A stretch of 64,000 bases of DNA from an uncultured virus (IMG/VR IMGVR_UViG_3300048592_001370) (taxonomy: Duplodnaviria; Heunggongvirae; Uroviricota; Caudoviricetes). A program made the translations under genes and the position numbers. Shown one piece after another: positions 18,568 through 26,848 of this stretch (positions are counted from its first letter, which is position 1; every line of letters starts with the position of its first letter). The DNA lies in the IMG/VR virus record IMGVR_UViG_3300048592_001370; one strand, given 5' to 3'. The notes under the pieces were generated by a model. The model had not been told where the DNA came from. It saw only the letters and a program-made list of their open reading frames with translations, and did no database searches.

Positions 18568-19022
18568 CCGTACAGATCAAGGTATTGAGCGGTGGGGTTG
18601 ACGTTCGTAACGTGGAGCAAGTGCTGAACAACATTGCCTTCACCGTCGTGGGCCCTATGGTCAAGAAGACCACTACCCGTCCTCCTGTCAGCTACAGAGA
18701 CAGAAGCTCAAATTCGTGCTACGCCCAAGTCGCGAAGTACCTTCTCAAGTTCGACCCTAGCCTTCGTGGCAACTACCGCATTCTCTGTTTTGGCTACGGT
18801 TTTGAACGCAACGTCTACCACGCCATTCTCGCAACGTCGGATTATCGACCCGTTGTGAATACGTGGCAATCGAAGGGTACATTCATACGTGACGATAAGG
18901 GAGTGATCCAGGCCTTTTGCCCGACTACGCACTGTGTAGAGGAAGTCGAGCCGGAAGAGAACTATTACAAGATCTGCGACATTACACTCGCCGACTTTCG
19001 CAAGAAATACACCAAGCTATGA
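18564..19022 (+). CDS. Hypothetical protein (IKVLS leader)
   Basis: ATGA overlaps. Confidence 0.7.
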   Translation: MTVQIKVLSGGVDVRNVEQVLNNIAFTVVGPMVKKTTTRPPVSYRDRSSNSCYAQVAKYLLKFDPSLRGNYRILCFGYGFERNVYHAILATSDYRPVVNTWQSKGTFIRDDKGVIQAFCPTTHCVEEVEPEENYYKICDITLADFRKKYTKL

Positions 19023-19411
19023 TTCTAGGCGTCGTTGGATCAAAGAAACTCTGTGACTCTGTTCACCTACGGCAAGTAGGACACGTACTTCGAACCGTTC
19101 TCCAATCGGGAAAGGTTAAGCGCGTGGTATCCGGTGGTGAGAAAGGAATCGACCGATTCGGCGTAAGAGTCGCTAGTAAGAAGTCGATACCCACTACCGA
19201 GTGCCACCCGGATTGGAAGTTCCATGGATCGTCTGCCGGAGACGTGCGATATGGAAGTATCGCCTGGAAAGCAACCCACATATTGATCTTTGCACACGCG
19301 AAGCGCAAAGACACACAAACGATGGTGGAAATCTGCCAGCGGATGAAGAAACCCTACCGCTATTACGTCTGGGACGACGCGTCCCGGAGCTTTGTAAGGG
19401 AATGGCTATGA
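19019..19411 (+). CDS. SLOG-superfamily (DUF2493/YspA-like) protein
   Basis: ILGVVGS, VVSGGEKGID, PDWKFHGSSAGDVR. Confidence 0.75.
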   Translation: MILGVVGSKKLCDSVHLRQVGHVLRTVLQSGKVKRVVSGGEKGIDRFGVRVASKKSIPTTECHPDWKFHGSSAGDVRYGSIAWKATHILIFAHAKRKDTQTMVEICQRMKKPYRYYVWDDASRSFVREWL

Positions 19412-20814
19412 GCAAAGAACTGGCCGCGGCCAAAAATATTGCGAATCCGAAGGAAATAGACGAGGCTCTTGACGAGATCAGCAAACGCTTCTCAGAAGCG
19501 GTAGCGAAGTGGATCAAGACCGTAGCCCGGAATCATCTGGTCCGTGATCTCGATACCATGTTCCATGAGGTGTCCTTTAAGGACAAGAACCGTTGGGAGG
19601 AACTAACAGGGGAACCCCTCCCGGACTGGGCGAAGAAGGCCCTCTTCTCGGGCAAGACCCTCCACGTATTTGTTCCCGACGCTACTTTCGCCCGGTTCAA
19701 GGACAAGCTTGAGCACGCGGCCGTGTATCTGCAGACTCTGACCACCGACCTATCCCGCATTCCTTTCGACGCGGCCGTGAAGGAAGGCGACAAACTGATG
19801 CGGCAAGGCATCAAGAAGAGAGTGCTGGAAGAGACCCCCATTCCGGAAAGGGCTGAGGTAATCTATCGGTGCTCCGATGGTTTCTCTTGGGTGAATCTAC
19901 CACCCGAAGCACTGGAGGCGGAATCGGACAGCATGGGACACTGCGTTGGTAACAAGCAGTGGGGATATGTCGAAGGCGTAGAGAACAAGACGATGGAGAT
20001 TTGGTCTTTGCGTGACCCGGGCAACTACCCACATTGCACTATGCAGTACATGCCACCGACCAAGAAGGTCGCCCAGATCAAGGGTAAAGAGAATCGCGGG
20101 GTTGTGGAGCGCTATGCCAAGTATCTCGTGGAGTTTCTCAACTCGCAGTACTTCCATGGTCGCGTCTCGTCAGTCAACGAAGGTGAAATGGCACTGAACT
20201 GTATTGCACAGGCTAGGAACAACGACTACTTCAGCTACTTCGATCCGCCAGATTCACTAGAGATAGACCAGTACCGTCCTGACATGTCCGACGCGCGCGG
20301 ACAGGTGCGCTTGCCACGAAGGCTAGATGCTCGGTCCGTGTCCGTGAAATTAATGGACATTAAGGAGGGCACTCAGACAAAGGCCCGAGATTCCTTCTCA
20401 GGTAGAACAATAGCGGTAGAAAACAAGTGGGAGATCGAGGGAGGAGTGATTGGCCTAGACGATTGTGACATTCGTCCGATGGGTCGCATAGAGCTCAGGG
20501 GTGAGATGGCCAATGTGTCTGAGACGCGAAGCTCCATGGGTATGAAGATTGCTGGCTTCTCCTTCCACGATCCCAAAGAGATGGTCCTTCATAGTACGGG
20601 TATTTCGGGCAAATGCCGCGTTCTGGTAGTGTATCAGATACATGGGCGGCAAGGAGGGAACAACATTGTGTTTGACGTGGAGACGGATACGCTCCACTTG
20701 GAGGACATACGTGATTGCAGCGGGACAATCAAGTATCGGAATCTTCGTCCCGTCTTTTCAATCGAACGCATTCAGCAGAACAATCCTAACCTCGAACTTG
20801 TTCAAGTTCGTTAA
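19408..20814 (+). CDS. PcfJ-like domain protein
   Basis: ESDSMGHCVG..Y...IWSLRD...PHCTM...QIKGKEN. Confidence 0.7.
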   Translation: MSKELAAAKNIANPKEIDEALDEISKRFSEAVAKWIKTVARNHLVRDLDTMFHEVSFKDKNRWEELTGEPLPDWAKKALFSGKTLHVFVPDATFARFKDKLEHAAVYLQTLTTDLSRIPFDAAVKEGDKLMRQGIKKRVLEETPIPERAEVIYRCSDGFSWVNLPPEALEAESDSMGHCVGNKQWGYVEGVENKTMEIWSLRDPGNYPHCTMQYMPPTKKVAQIKGKENRGVVERYAKYLVEFLNSQYFHGRVSSVNEGEMALNCIAQARNNDYFSYFDPPDSLEIDQYRPDMSDARGQVRLPRRLDARSVSVKLMDIKEGTQTKARDSFSGRTIAVENKWEIEGGVIGLDDCDIRPMGRIELRGEMANVSETRSSMGMKIAGFSFHDPKEMVLHSTGISGKCRVLVVYQIHGRQGGNNIVFDVETDTLHLEDIRDCSGTIKYRNLRPVFSIERIQQNNPNLELVQVR

Positions 20815-20978
20815 TGTGTCTGTGGGGCGCGCCAACCCTTCTTGCTCAGCCACTTCCAACGCATTTCGTCGAGCTTCTGCTCAGGAACTCCTCTGCGGCG
20901 GTAATGAGCGTCGATGGCGTTCCTGATAGCTCTTTCCTCTGCGGCCGAAAGGCCGTTTCCGAACCACATGCAAGGCAT
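20811..20978 (-). CDS. 55-aa hypothetical protein; last gene of the - strand block
   Basis: MPCMWFGNG...QTH; stop overlaps the convergent + strand stop (TTAA). Confidence 0.55.
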   Translation of the reverse strand: MPCMWFGNGLSAAEERAIRNAIDAHYRRRGVPEQKLDEMRWKWLSKKGWRAPQTH

Positions 20979-21319
20979 CACGATGTCCTTATGTCGTTGT
21001 GCAAACGGTTACCCATGGGCGTATGACAGCATGCCGGGTATTGCAGTCCGGAGAACACGCTGTTTTCTATAGGGTGGTGGATTTTGTTGCACTCGGGACA
21101 CATCCAGGCGTACCCACCCCGTGGCGTCATGCCATACATACCGGATCCAGGCAACCTCTCCATGTCGGGAACGTATTCCATCCGGTAGGTATAGCGGTTG
21201 TTGAAGACTTGGGCTATGGTCTTTCGTTCCTGGAGATCACCCTCTTCCCGAAGCTTCTCTTTCACCTTTTCCAAGGACTCGTTCCAGACTTTGAAGAACA
21301 TCTTGAGTGGTCCTACCAT
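20978..21319 (-). CDS. Cys-rich hypothetical protein
   Basis: CPEC...ACCH; TGATG overlap. Confidence 0.6.
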   Translation of the reverse strand: MVGPLKMFFKVWNESLEKVKEKLREEGDLQERKTIAQVFNNRYTYRMEYVPDMERLPGSGMYGMTPRGGYAWMCPECNKIHHPIENSVFSGLQYPACCHTPMGNRLHNDIRTS

Positions 21320-21564
21320 AGGTAGCCTATCAGGATGTGTCCCAGATCCCATCCGAACAGTATAGCCTTCCAAGAGATGGCCAGTACAACTCCCAGGATA
21401 GTGAAGAGCGTTCCGAAGATGGCTGCGTAGGAAAAGGTGATGATGGCGACCGCCATAACGAACGCGATAAGGCCGCCGAAATGTGGCTTTAGCCGATTGT
21501 ATAGATCAGGGAAGCTTCCAGGCGGCGCCTTGTCTGCTGATACCATCTCTTCATGATCCATCAT
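21313..21564 (-). CDS. Small membrane protein
   Basis: Long hydrophobic segment. Confidence 0.6.
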   Translation of the reverse strand: MMDHEEMVSADKAPPGSFPDLYNRLKPHFGGLIAFVMAVAIITFSYAAIFGTLFTILGVVLAISWKAILFGWDLGHILIGYLW

Positions 21565-22220
21565 TCCTCCGAAATTGACTTGCCGGCCCAGCCGTCTAGT
21601 AGTGCTTCGCGCTCTTCAGACAATCTCCTAAAGTTTGCACTCTCCTCTGAGAACTGTGTCGGGTAGCGTTTCCTCAGCTTGGCAATGTTGCTCTCAAGAA
21701 TGCGCTCCATTGGGACACGCAGGGTCTGTGCCAAGTGTTCCAGAATCGAGGGAACGGAGTACAGGAGGCTCTTGTGATTGCGGTACTCGACAAAGAACTG
21801 TTCCTCGTCCCGTAAGAACATTTGAGCCTCGAATGCTTCGCACGCCGGTGCTACGACGCGTACTAGCGAAATTGCGGCCTTGAACACTTCCGACAGGACA
21901 GGAGGACCGTCCGGTATAGGACGAACAGAGTAGCCTACCCGCTCAATCGACCATTCACTCTTCAGCATGTCATCGTTGGAACACATGATAGCGAAGAACC
22001 AGCACGCATCACCCAATTCTTCCGCGAGATTGATGTAGTCGACCGGCCGACGATAGTACATTGCTGCCTTGAGAGGGTTGAGTATCTCAACCGCTTCCGT
22101 CAACATGCCGAAGACGCCGTGAAACGCGTCAACGTGCATTCCCGAGACCGAGCCGTATTCCTCACAGATGAACTCCGACTTGGTCCGTACCGCCTCGGAT
22201 AAGTATTTCGAGAGCTTCAT
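21561..22220 (-). CDS. MazG-like NTP pyrophosphohydrolase
   Basis: TEAVE, EELGDACWF, NIAKLRKRYP. Confidence 0.85.
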   Translation of the reverse strand: MKLSKYLSEAVRTKSEFICEEYGSVSGMHVDAFHGVFGMLTEAVEILNPLKAAMYYRRPVDYINLAEELGDACWFFAIMCSNDDMLKSEWSIERVGYSVRPIPDGPPVLSEVFKAAISLVRVVAPACEAFEAQMFLRDEEQFFVEYRNHKSLLYSVPSILEHLAQTLRVPMERILESNIAKLRKRYPTQFSEESANFRRLSEEREALLDGWAGKSISEE

Positions 22221-22480
22221 TTTGCCTTCCTTTTTGTGACCTGCTTGTCTGCGTTATAGTTTCCGTTCGGATCACGGCCGCGAAACTTGGGATCCGCTAC
22301 CTCGAGCGAACATTCCTTCTTGAGGAATGCAGCAGTAGACGCATACCATCCTTCGGCCAACTCATCCTGTTCGTTGTACGCGACGTGCATCAGGTGGCAC
22401 GAGTTGTTTATGCTCGCGCAACTAGCCAGCGTTAGCGTTACCAACATTATCGCCAATGGCGGGTATATCAAGTTCTTCAT
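22217..22480 (-). CDS. Putative lipoprotein
   Basis: Signal peptide with lipobox LAS-C; GGAGG RBS. Confidence 0.65.
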   Translation of the reverse strand: MKNLIYPPLAIMLVTLTLASCASINNSCHLMHVAYNEQDELAEGWYASTAAFLKKECSLEVADPKFRGRDPNGNYNADKQVTKRKAK

Positions 22481-22811
22481 TGTTACCTCCGAAGACTTTG
22501 CGATGCAATTCCAAATAGCAACGGGCCAGATTCGACTCTTTCTCATGTTGCAGAGCAAGATGCTTTGCCTCGTAGTGATCGAGTCTAGACTGGCTTTTCT
22601 TTTCCATCGAGATCGGTACAGAGAACACCGTCTCGTGGATTGGATGATGGGACATGTGTTCCTTCATCATCCCAGAACGGACGTTCTTGTGGCAGACAGG
22701 ACATTCCGTACAGCAAGGAATGATGTGCTTCACCGTTCCTTTTGTCAAGCGATGACAGTCGCACCTGCATTCGTCAGCCGATCCAAGACAGGACATGCTA
22801 GTTCCCTCCAA
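22422..22811 (-). CDS. Cys/His-rich hypothetical protein
   Basis: CRCDC, CCTECPVC. Confidence 0.55.
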   Translation of the reverse strand: MEGTSMSCLGSADECRCDCHRLTKGTVKHIIPCCTECPVCHKNVRSGMMKEHMSHHPIHETVFSVPISMEKKSQSRLDHYEAKHLALQHEKESNLARCYLELHRKVFGGNNEELDIPAIGDNVGNANAG

Positions 22812-23925
22812 CGGCGTATTGACGGATAACCGTTTCTGGCTCCGAATGCCGATATGGATTCAGCAGTTCCTTGAGGCGATTTATGAACGCCATCCCCTTC
22901 TCGAAGGGTACCTTGAGGTACTCGAAGATCAGTTTCATGTACTCCACTGCTGGAATGCGCTCTTGCAGATCGGTGTTAGAAGCAAGTGCCCGTACCTTGC
23001 CAATGCTTCTCAGCCAATCGGTGAACAGCGGGCACTCGTAACCAGATAGCAGACGCACGCAGTACCGCTTCTTGTGCGGGAGTCGTTCGCAGAGCTTCTC
23101 GACGTCGATCTTCAGATCGTTGTTCTTCGGATCTTCGATCAGCTCGTTGCTCGCAGCGGTTACGACCGATTGGATAGCGTCGTAGCTCACCGTATTGCTG
23201 TAGAACGTTTCATCCGCTCCACGCAGAACCCGGGCCCGTTTCTGATGCGTGTAAGACGTGATGATGTTGATACCGTGATTGTGCAACGTGCGCTTGATGA
23301 TATTCACCGCGTGGAGGAAGCTTTCTACCAAGGGATACATCTGCATCAGTCCCTGGATGCCTTTGCCGATGAGCTCGTACTCAATGTCGTGGACCGTCAT
23401 GGACTGGCTAGTCATCACGAATCGCAACTTGCGGAAGATGAACTTGTGACACCAGGTACGTATCTCCTGAAAGATGCGGACGAGCGTTGCGTCGAGTTTC
23501 TCCAAAGTTAGCGCCTTGTACTTCTTCGCGTACTGTCGCAACGTCCTATCAGTTTCCTGATCCAAGATGTCCATCAGAACAATGTCTTCAGGCCTGATCT
23601 CAAACTTGAGGGAAGCTCTGGCCGCTTCCTCTCCCAGGAAGATATTGTTGGTCGCGATCTTGTGCCGGTAGCAGTAGAACAGCCAGAGCTTGACGTTCTT
23701 GAGCAGATAACCGTTCTGGAATACGGACACCTTGACGGACTGCTTTTGACACGTCTCGTTGCTGAGCACCTGAACAAGCGAGCGAAGGTTCCTAGCGCGG
23801 AACAGATAACCGATGACAGCGGAACAGCAACGACGTTGCGCCACTACGGTCAATTCGGCATAGCCGGCCACATTGTCCAACAGGATTTTGTGGATGGTGT
23901 TACCTTGCGATTCTGAGTGTTCCAT
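22798..23925 (-). CDS. Divergent sigma70-family-like factor (putative)
   Basis: Region-2-like DIEYELIGKGIQGL...KRTLHNHGINII; region-4-like DLKIDVEKLCERLPHKKRYCVRLL. Confidence 0.45.
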   Translation of the reverse strand: MEHSESQGNTIHKILLDNVAGYAELTVVAQRRCCSAVIGYLFRARNLRSLVQVLSNETCQKQSVKVSVFQNGYLLKNVKLWLFYCYRHKIATNNIFLGEEAARASLKFEIRPEDIVLMDILDQETDRTLRQYAKKYKALTLEKLDATLVRIFQEIRTWCHKFIFRKLRFVMTSQSMTVHDIEYELIGKGIQGLMQMYPLVESFLHAVNIIKRTLHNHGINIITSYTHQKRARVLRGADETFYSNTVSYDAIQSVVTAASNELIEDPKNNDLKIDVEKLCERLPHKKRYCVRLLSGYECPLFTDWLRSIGKVRALASNTDLQERIPAVEYMKLIFEYLKVPFEKGMAFINRLKELLNPYRHSEPETVIRQYAVGGN

Positions 23926-24667
23926 CTTTCCCCTCACGTACCTTATTCGTTGTAGTTTTCTTCTTGCGCTTCTTACCATCGGCGAGAGCCCGTTTGTCCA
24001 ACCACGACAGAGGCACAGAATCCAGTGTCGGGGGCTCGTATGCCAGAGGCTTCTTTTCCAGCGAAGCGAAATACTCTGCACGCTTTGCTTTCGGCATCTT
24101 TAGCAGATCGATGGTATTCGGACGGCCTTGCTGAGGAGGGGGTTTGAGCTTCTTTGCTTTGACGAGGCGTTTTCGGTGGGCTTTGAATTCGTCGACCGTC
24201 ATGATCGAATCGCGTAACAGCGTCATGAACACTTGTCCGCGATTGAGGTCTTCGTATGTCGAGGTGAGATACACAAACTCTCCGTCAACGGATATTCCAA
24301 GGATGTAGGCCTTGAAGTATTCGGAGAGGTAATCCTTGCCGACGCTAAACAGTACGGTTTGCCCGAACTGGTATCCGTAGCGTTTTAACAGATCTACGTT
24401 CCGGAACGTGTAGGCAAGTATGTTCAGTTCTTCGCGTTTCAGATTTTTTGTTAATTCGCGCAGGACGCGCAATGAGTCTAGGTTTAACCTCGCTAGACGA
24501 CACATGTCCGGAGTGAAGCTTGGACACGCTTCTGCTTGTTTGAGAACTCCTAGCTGGATGCAAGGTTTCTCGAAGGCTGGTGTTTTGTTGAAATGCAGGC
24601 ACGCTCCGCATTTTACGTTGAGACTTACGCGGCTGGGCGGACCGGCCTCCCGTTGCTTCTTCAACAT
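23900..24667 (-). CDS. Hypothetical Cys-cluster protein
   Basis: CGACLHF..C..C. Confidence 0.7.
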   Translation of the reverse strand: MLKKQREAGPPSRVSLNVKCGACLHFNKTPAFEKPCIQLGVLKQAEACPSFTPDMCRLARLNLDSLRVLRELTKNLKREELNILAYTFRNVDLLKRYGYQFGQTVLFSVGKDYLSEYFKAYILGISVDGEFVYLTSTYEDLNRGQVFMTLLRDSIMTVDEFKAHRKRLVKAKKLKPPPQQGRPNTIDLLKMPKAKRAEYFASLEKKPLAYEPPTLDSVPLSWLDKRALADGKKRKKKTTTNKVREGKDGTLRIAR

Positions 24668-25115
24668 TTTTCTTTTTCCTTCCCATTCTTAAGGGCATCA
24701 ATGATCTGGATGCTGTTTCAAGGGCGAACTCGAAACAGGCCTGTTCGTTGTTGAACCCCATCATGGCCTTGATGAAACGCATCATTCGTTGCTGGGCGAT
24801 TGTCAGCTTGAATGTCTTTGGCTTGGGCCGTTCCAATTTCTTGGTAGCCAAGCGTGCGTTACGGATGACCTCTGACAGGTAAAGAAGGCGAGCTATCTGG
24901 GATTTGTTACGACATACGAATCTCCTCTTGCTATGTTGCTTGAAGGATTCCGCGTGAACTGCTCCGTGGCAGTTACCGCAGATTGTCACTGTTGGGCCGC
25001 GACTACCTCCGTAAGCTCTTGGAACAACGTGATGTTCTTCCAGAGCTATTCTTGTTTTGCATGCCCAGCAATGATCTAACTTGACCGTTGTCGTTATCTT
25101 GATCTCGATAGCCAT
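24345..25115 (-). CDS. HNH endonuclease
   Basis: CWAC...EEHHVVPRAYGG...ICGNCHGAVH; its 3' tail overlaps the next gene extensively. Confidence 0.8.
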   Translation of the reverse strand: MAIEIKITTTVKLDHCWACKTRIALEEHHVVPRAYGGSRGPTVTICGNCHGAVHAESFKQHSKRRFVCRNKSQIARLLYLSEVIRNARLATKKLERPKPKTFKLTIAQQRMMRFIKAMMGFNNEQACFEFALETASRSLMPLRMGRKKKNVEEATGGRSAQPRKSQRKMRSVPAFQQNTSLRETLHPARSSQTSRSVSKLHSGHVSSSEVKPRLIARPARINKKSETRRTEHTCLHVPERRSVKTLRIPVRANRTV

Positions 25116-25131
25116 TGCTAGGCTCCGTACT

Positions 25132-25264
25132 GAAACGGCTTTTGTGAGTGTGAGTAAGGCAAATGCCCGTCGCGTCGATAAGGGAGGGAGGAGGCCGTTT
25201 CACACACGCCGGACATATAAGCCTCGCCAAGCCCTGCCAAACCCACACTCGCAGAAACCGTTTC
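25132..25264. ncRNA. Candidate rod-shaped structured RNA
   Basis: 30-nt arms at 25132-25161 and 25235-25264 are 24/30 complementary; intergenic. Confidence 0.5.
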
Positions 25265-25279
25265 TCGTGTAAGAGTAAA

Positions 25280-25516
25280 TTATCGCAAATACATATTCAC
25301 TGCTAAAGACGCTAGTGCCAAAGACGCTTCCCGGACGGCTACATCGTTCTTGTCGCGGATCGCAAGCCAGAGAAGCTCATGTTGTTCTTTTATCAGCGCG
25401 TAGACTTCATGTTGGGACATCCGCACGCCGTTTGTGATTCGCTCGTAAATCGGGACGCGCAACTCGTCGAACAGTTCTTCAATCGCAACAGCCGTCTTCG
25501 GATTGGGGAAGTTCAT
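25280..25516 (-). CDS. Hypothetical protein
   Basis: Small ORF directly downstream of a promoter; start may instead be GTG at 25528. Confidence 0.6.
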   Translation of the reverse strand: MNFPNPKTAVAIEELFDELRVPIYERITNGVRMSQHEVYALIKEQHELLWLAIRDKNDVAVREASLALASLAVNMYLR

Positions 25517-25534
25517 GATCTCGCTCACTGTTAT

Positions 25535-25563
25535 ATTTTACAGTATTCCAAGTCAAAGAACAA
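25535..25563 (-). promoter_or_regulatory. sigma70-type promoter TTGTTC-N17-TAAAAT
   Basis: 17-nt spacer; shares TGTAAAATATA with two other promoters. Confidence 0.6.
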
Positions 25564-25583
25564 CGCTGTTGTAACTCACTGTT

Positions 25584-26459
25584 TCAGAATGGAAATCCCC
25601 ATTCTTTGATCGACAGCTGGTTGTTTTTCGTCTGGATAATCTTCTGCAATCGTCCCAATTCTCTGTCGGGCATCACCCAATAGAAGGATAGTCCCGAAGC
25701 AGAGTGATGTGCAATCGGGTCTGCGACTACGGTCATCTTCGTGCCCAGTCGCTTCGACAACGCCTTCAAAGTGCTTTCCAGGAAGGCTTCTTTTTCGTAA
25801 TCGTCCTGCTCGATCTTGGCCACGTTCAGACCAATGATAGTCTGATCGAAGAATACCGGATATCCTCCTACCATCGTCAGGGACATACCCACGTCCTCAA
25901 GACGATCTGATCCAACAGGGAAATTCAGCAAGACGACTACCGGCATCTTGAACAGAACCGTTTTCTTGTCGCCCAGGGAATGTGCAGCTTTCGGCAGATG
26001 CGATTTCCACGTAGCCAGCTTCTTGATCTCCTGTGAGTTGGAAATCAGATCCCGTACCGTGTTAGCCTCGCGGGCCGCACGTTCTTCAACCGTCCGCTCT
26101 TCGTTCTGCTTTGATTCCTGCGCGGATATTTCCAACGCCTTCTTGATTTCCAGAAGCTTGCTCATGCAATTCTTCTTGATTCCGGGAATCTCGTCTGACT
26201 CAAGATCACCACCGTTCGCCATCTCGATAGCCGACTGCACCATGTTATGGATGAAGTCACAGGTGTGTCCGGCAAGCCGCGTTTCCTCGGTTCGCTTGAC
26301 CTTGTTCAGCTCCTTGATCAGACCTCGCAGCTGTGCGGCCGCGTCTCGGACGTTCTCAAGCTCTGAGATTTTTCGACGAACAACAACGTCTGTGGTCATA
26401 CACTTGAGTTGTTGACGTACGTTCAGAACAGCGGCCAAACATTGTTGTTGGTGTGTCAT
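25584..26459 (-). CDS. Hypothetical protein
   Basis: 291 aa; ATGA overlap. Confidence 0.7.
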   Translation of the reverse strand: MTHQQQCLAAVLNVRQQLKCMTTDVVVRRKISELENVRDAAAQLRGLIKELNKVKRTEETRLAGHTCDFIHNMVQSAIEMANGGDLESDEIPGIKKNCMSKLLEIKKALEISAQESKQNEERTVEERAAREANTVRDLISNSQEIKKLATWKSHLPKAAHSLGDKKTVLFKMPVVVLLNFPVGSDRLEDVGMSLTMVGGYPVFFDQTIIGLNVAKIEQDDYEKEAFLESTLKALSKRLGTKMTVVADPIAHHSASGLSFYWVMPDRELGRLQKIIQTKNNQLSIKEWGFPF

Positions 26460-26848
26460 GGCTTCTCCAAAGTTAGTTCCGTGACAGGTATTCCGGTGTT
26501 ACGCTGGACTTGAACACAACGATCATCCCACAATTCGATCATGTTGTGATCCTTCCAATACACGATTGGCAGTACTTGCCCGATATGTTCTTCGCACCAT
26601 AACTCGATGGCACGAGCGACTTCGGACATGTCCCTTCCGTTCATCGGTGCGATCCGGGCCGTGAAAATCTTGACGGCCTTTCCTTCTGCCAGCCAAGACT
26701 TGATACGCTCCACCATCGCTGGAATTGGGTTCCCGATATGCAGTTCATGCACCCAACCGTGGTACTCAGCCAGGGTGCCGTCGAGATCGATACCGATCCA
26801 GCCACCCTTGTTTGCCGTCTCTTTGCGAGAGAGGATTTTTACGCTCAT
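26456..26848 (-). CDS. HAD-superfamily phosphatase (phage type)
   Basis: DLDGT, IFTAR, K, WDDR. Confidence 0.85.
   Translation of the reverse strand: MSVKILSRKETANKGGWIGIDLDGTLAEYHGWVHELHIGNPIPAMVERIKSWLAEGKAVKIFTARIAPMNGRDMSEVARAIELWCEEHIGQVLPIVYWKDHNMIELWDDRCVQVQRNTGIPVTELTLEKP

Noticed and set aside
24345..25115. HNH as an intron-encoded or mobile homing endonuclease
   Set aside because: No interrupted gene or group I intron core seen; it appears free-standing
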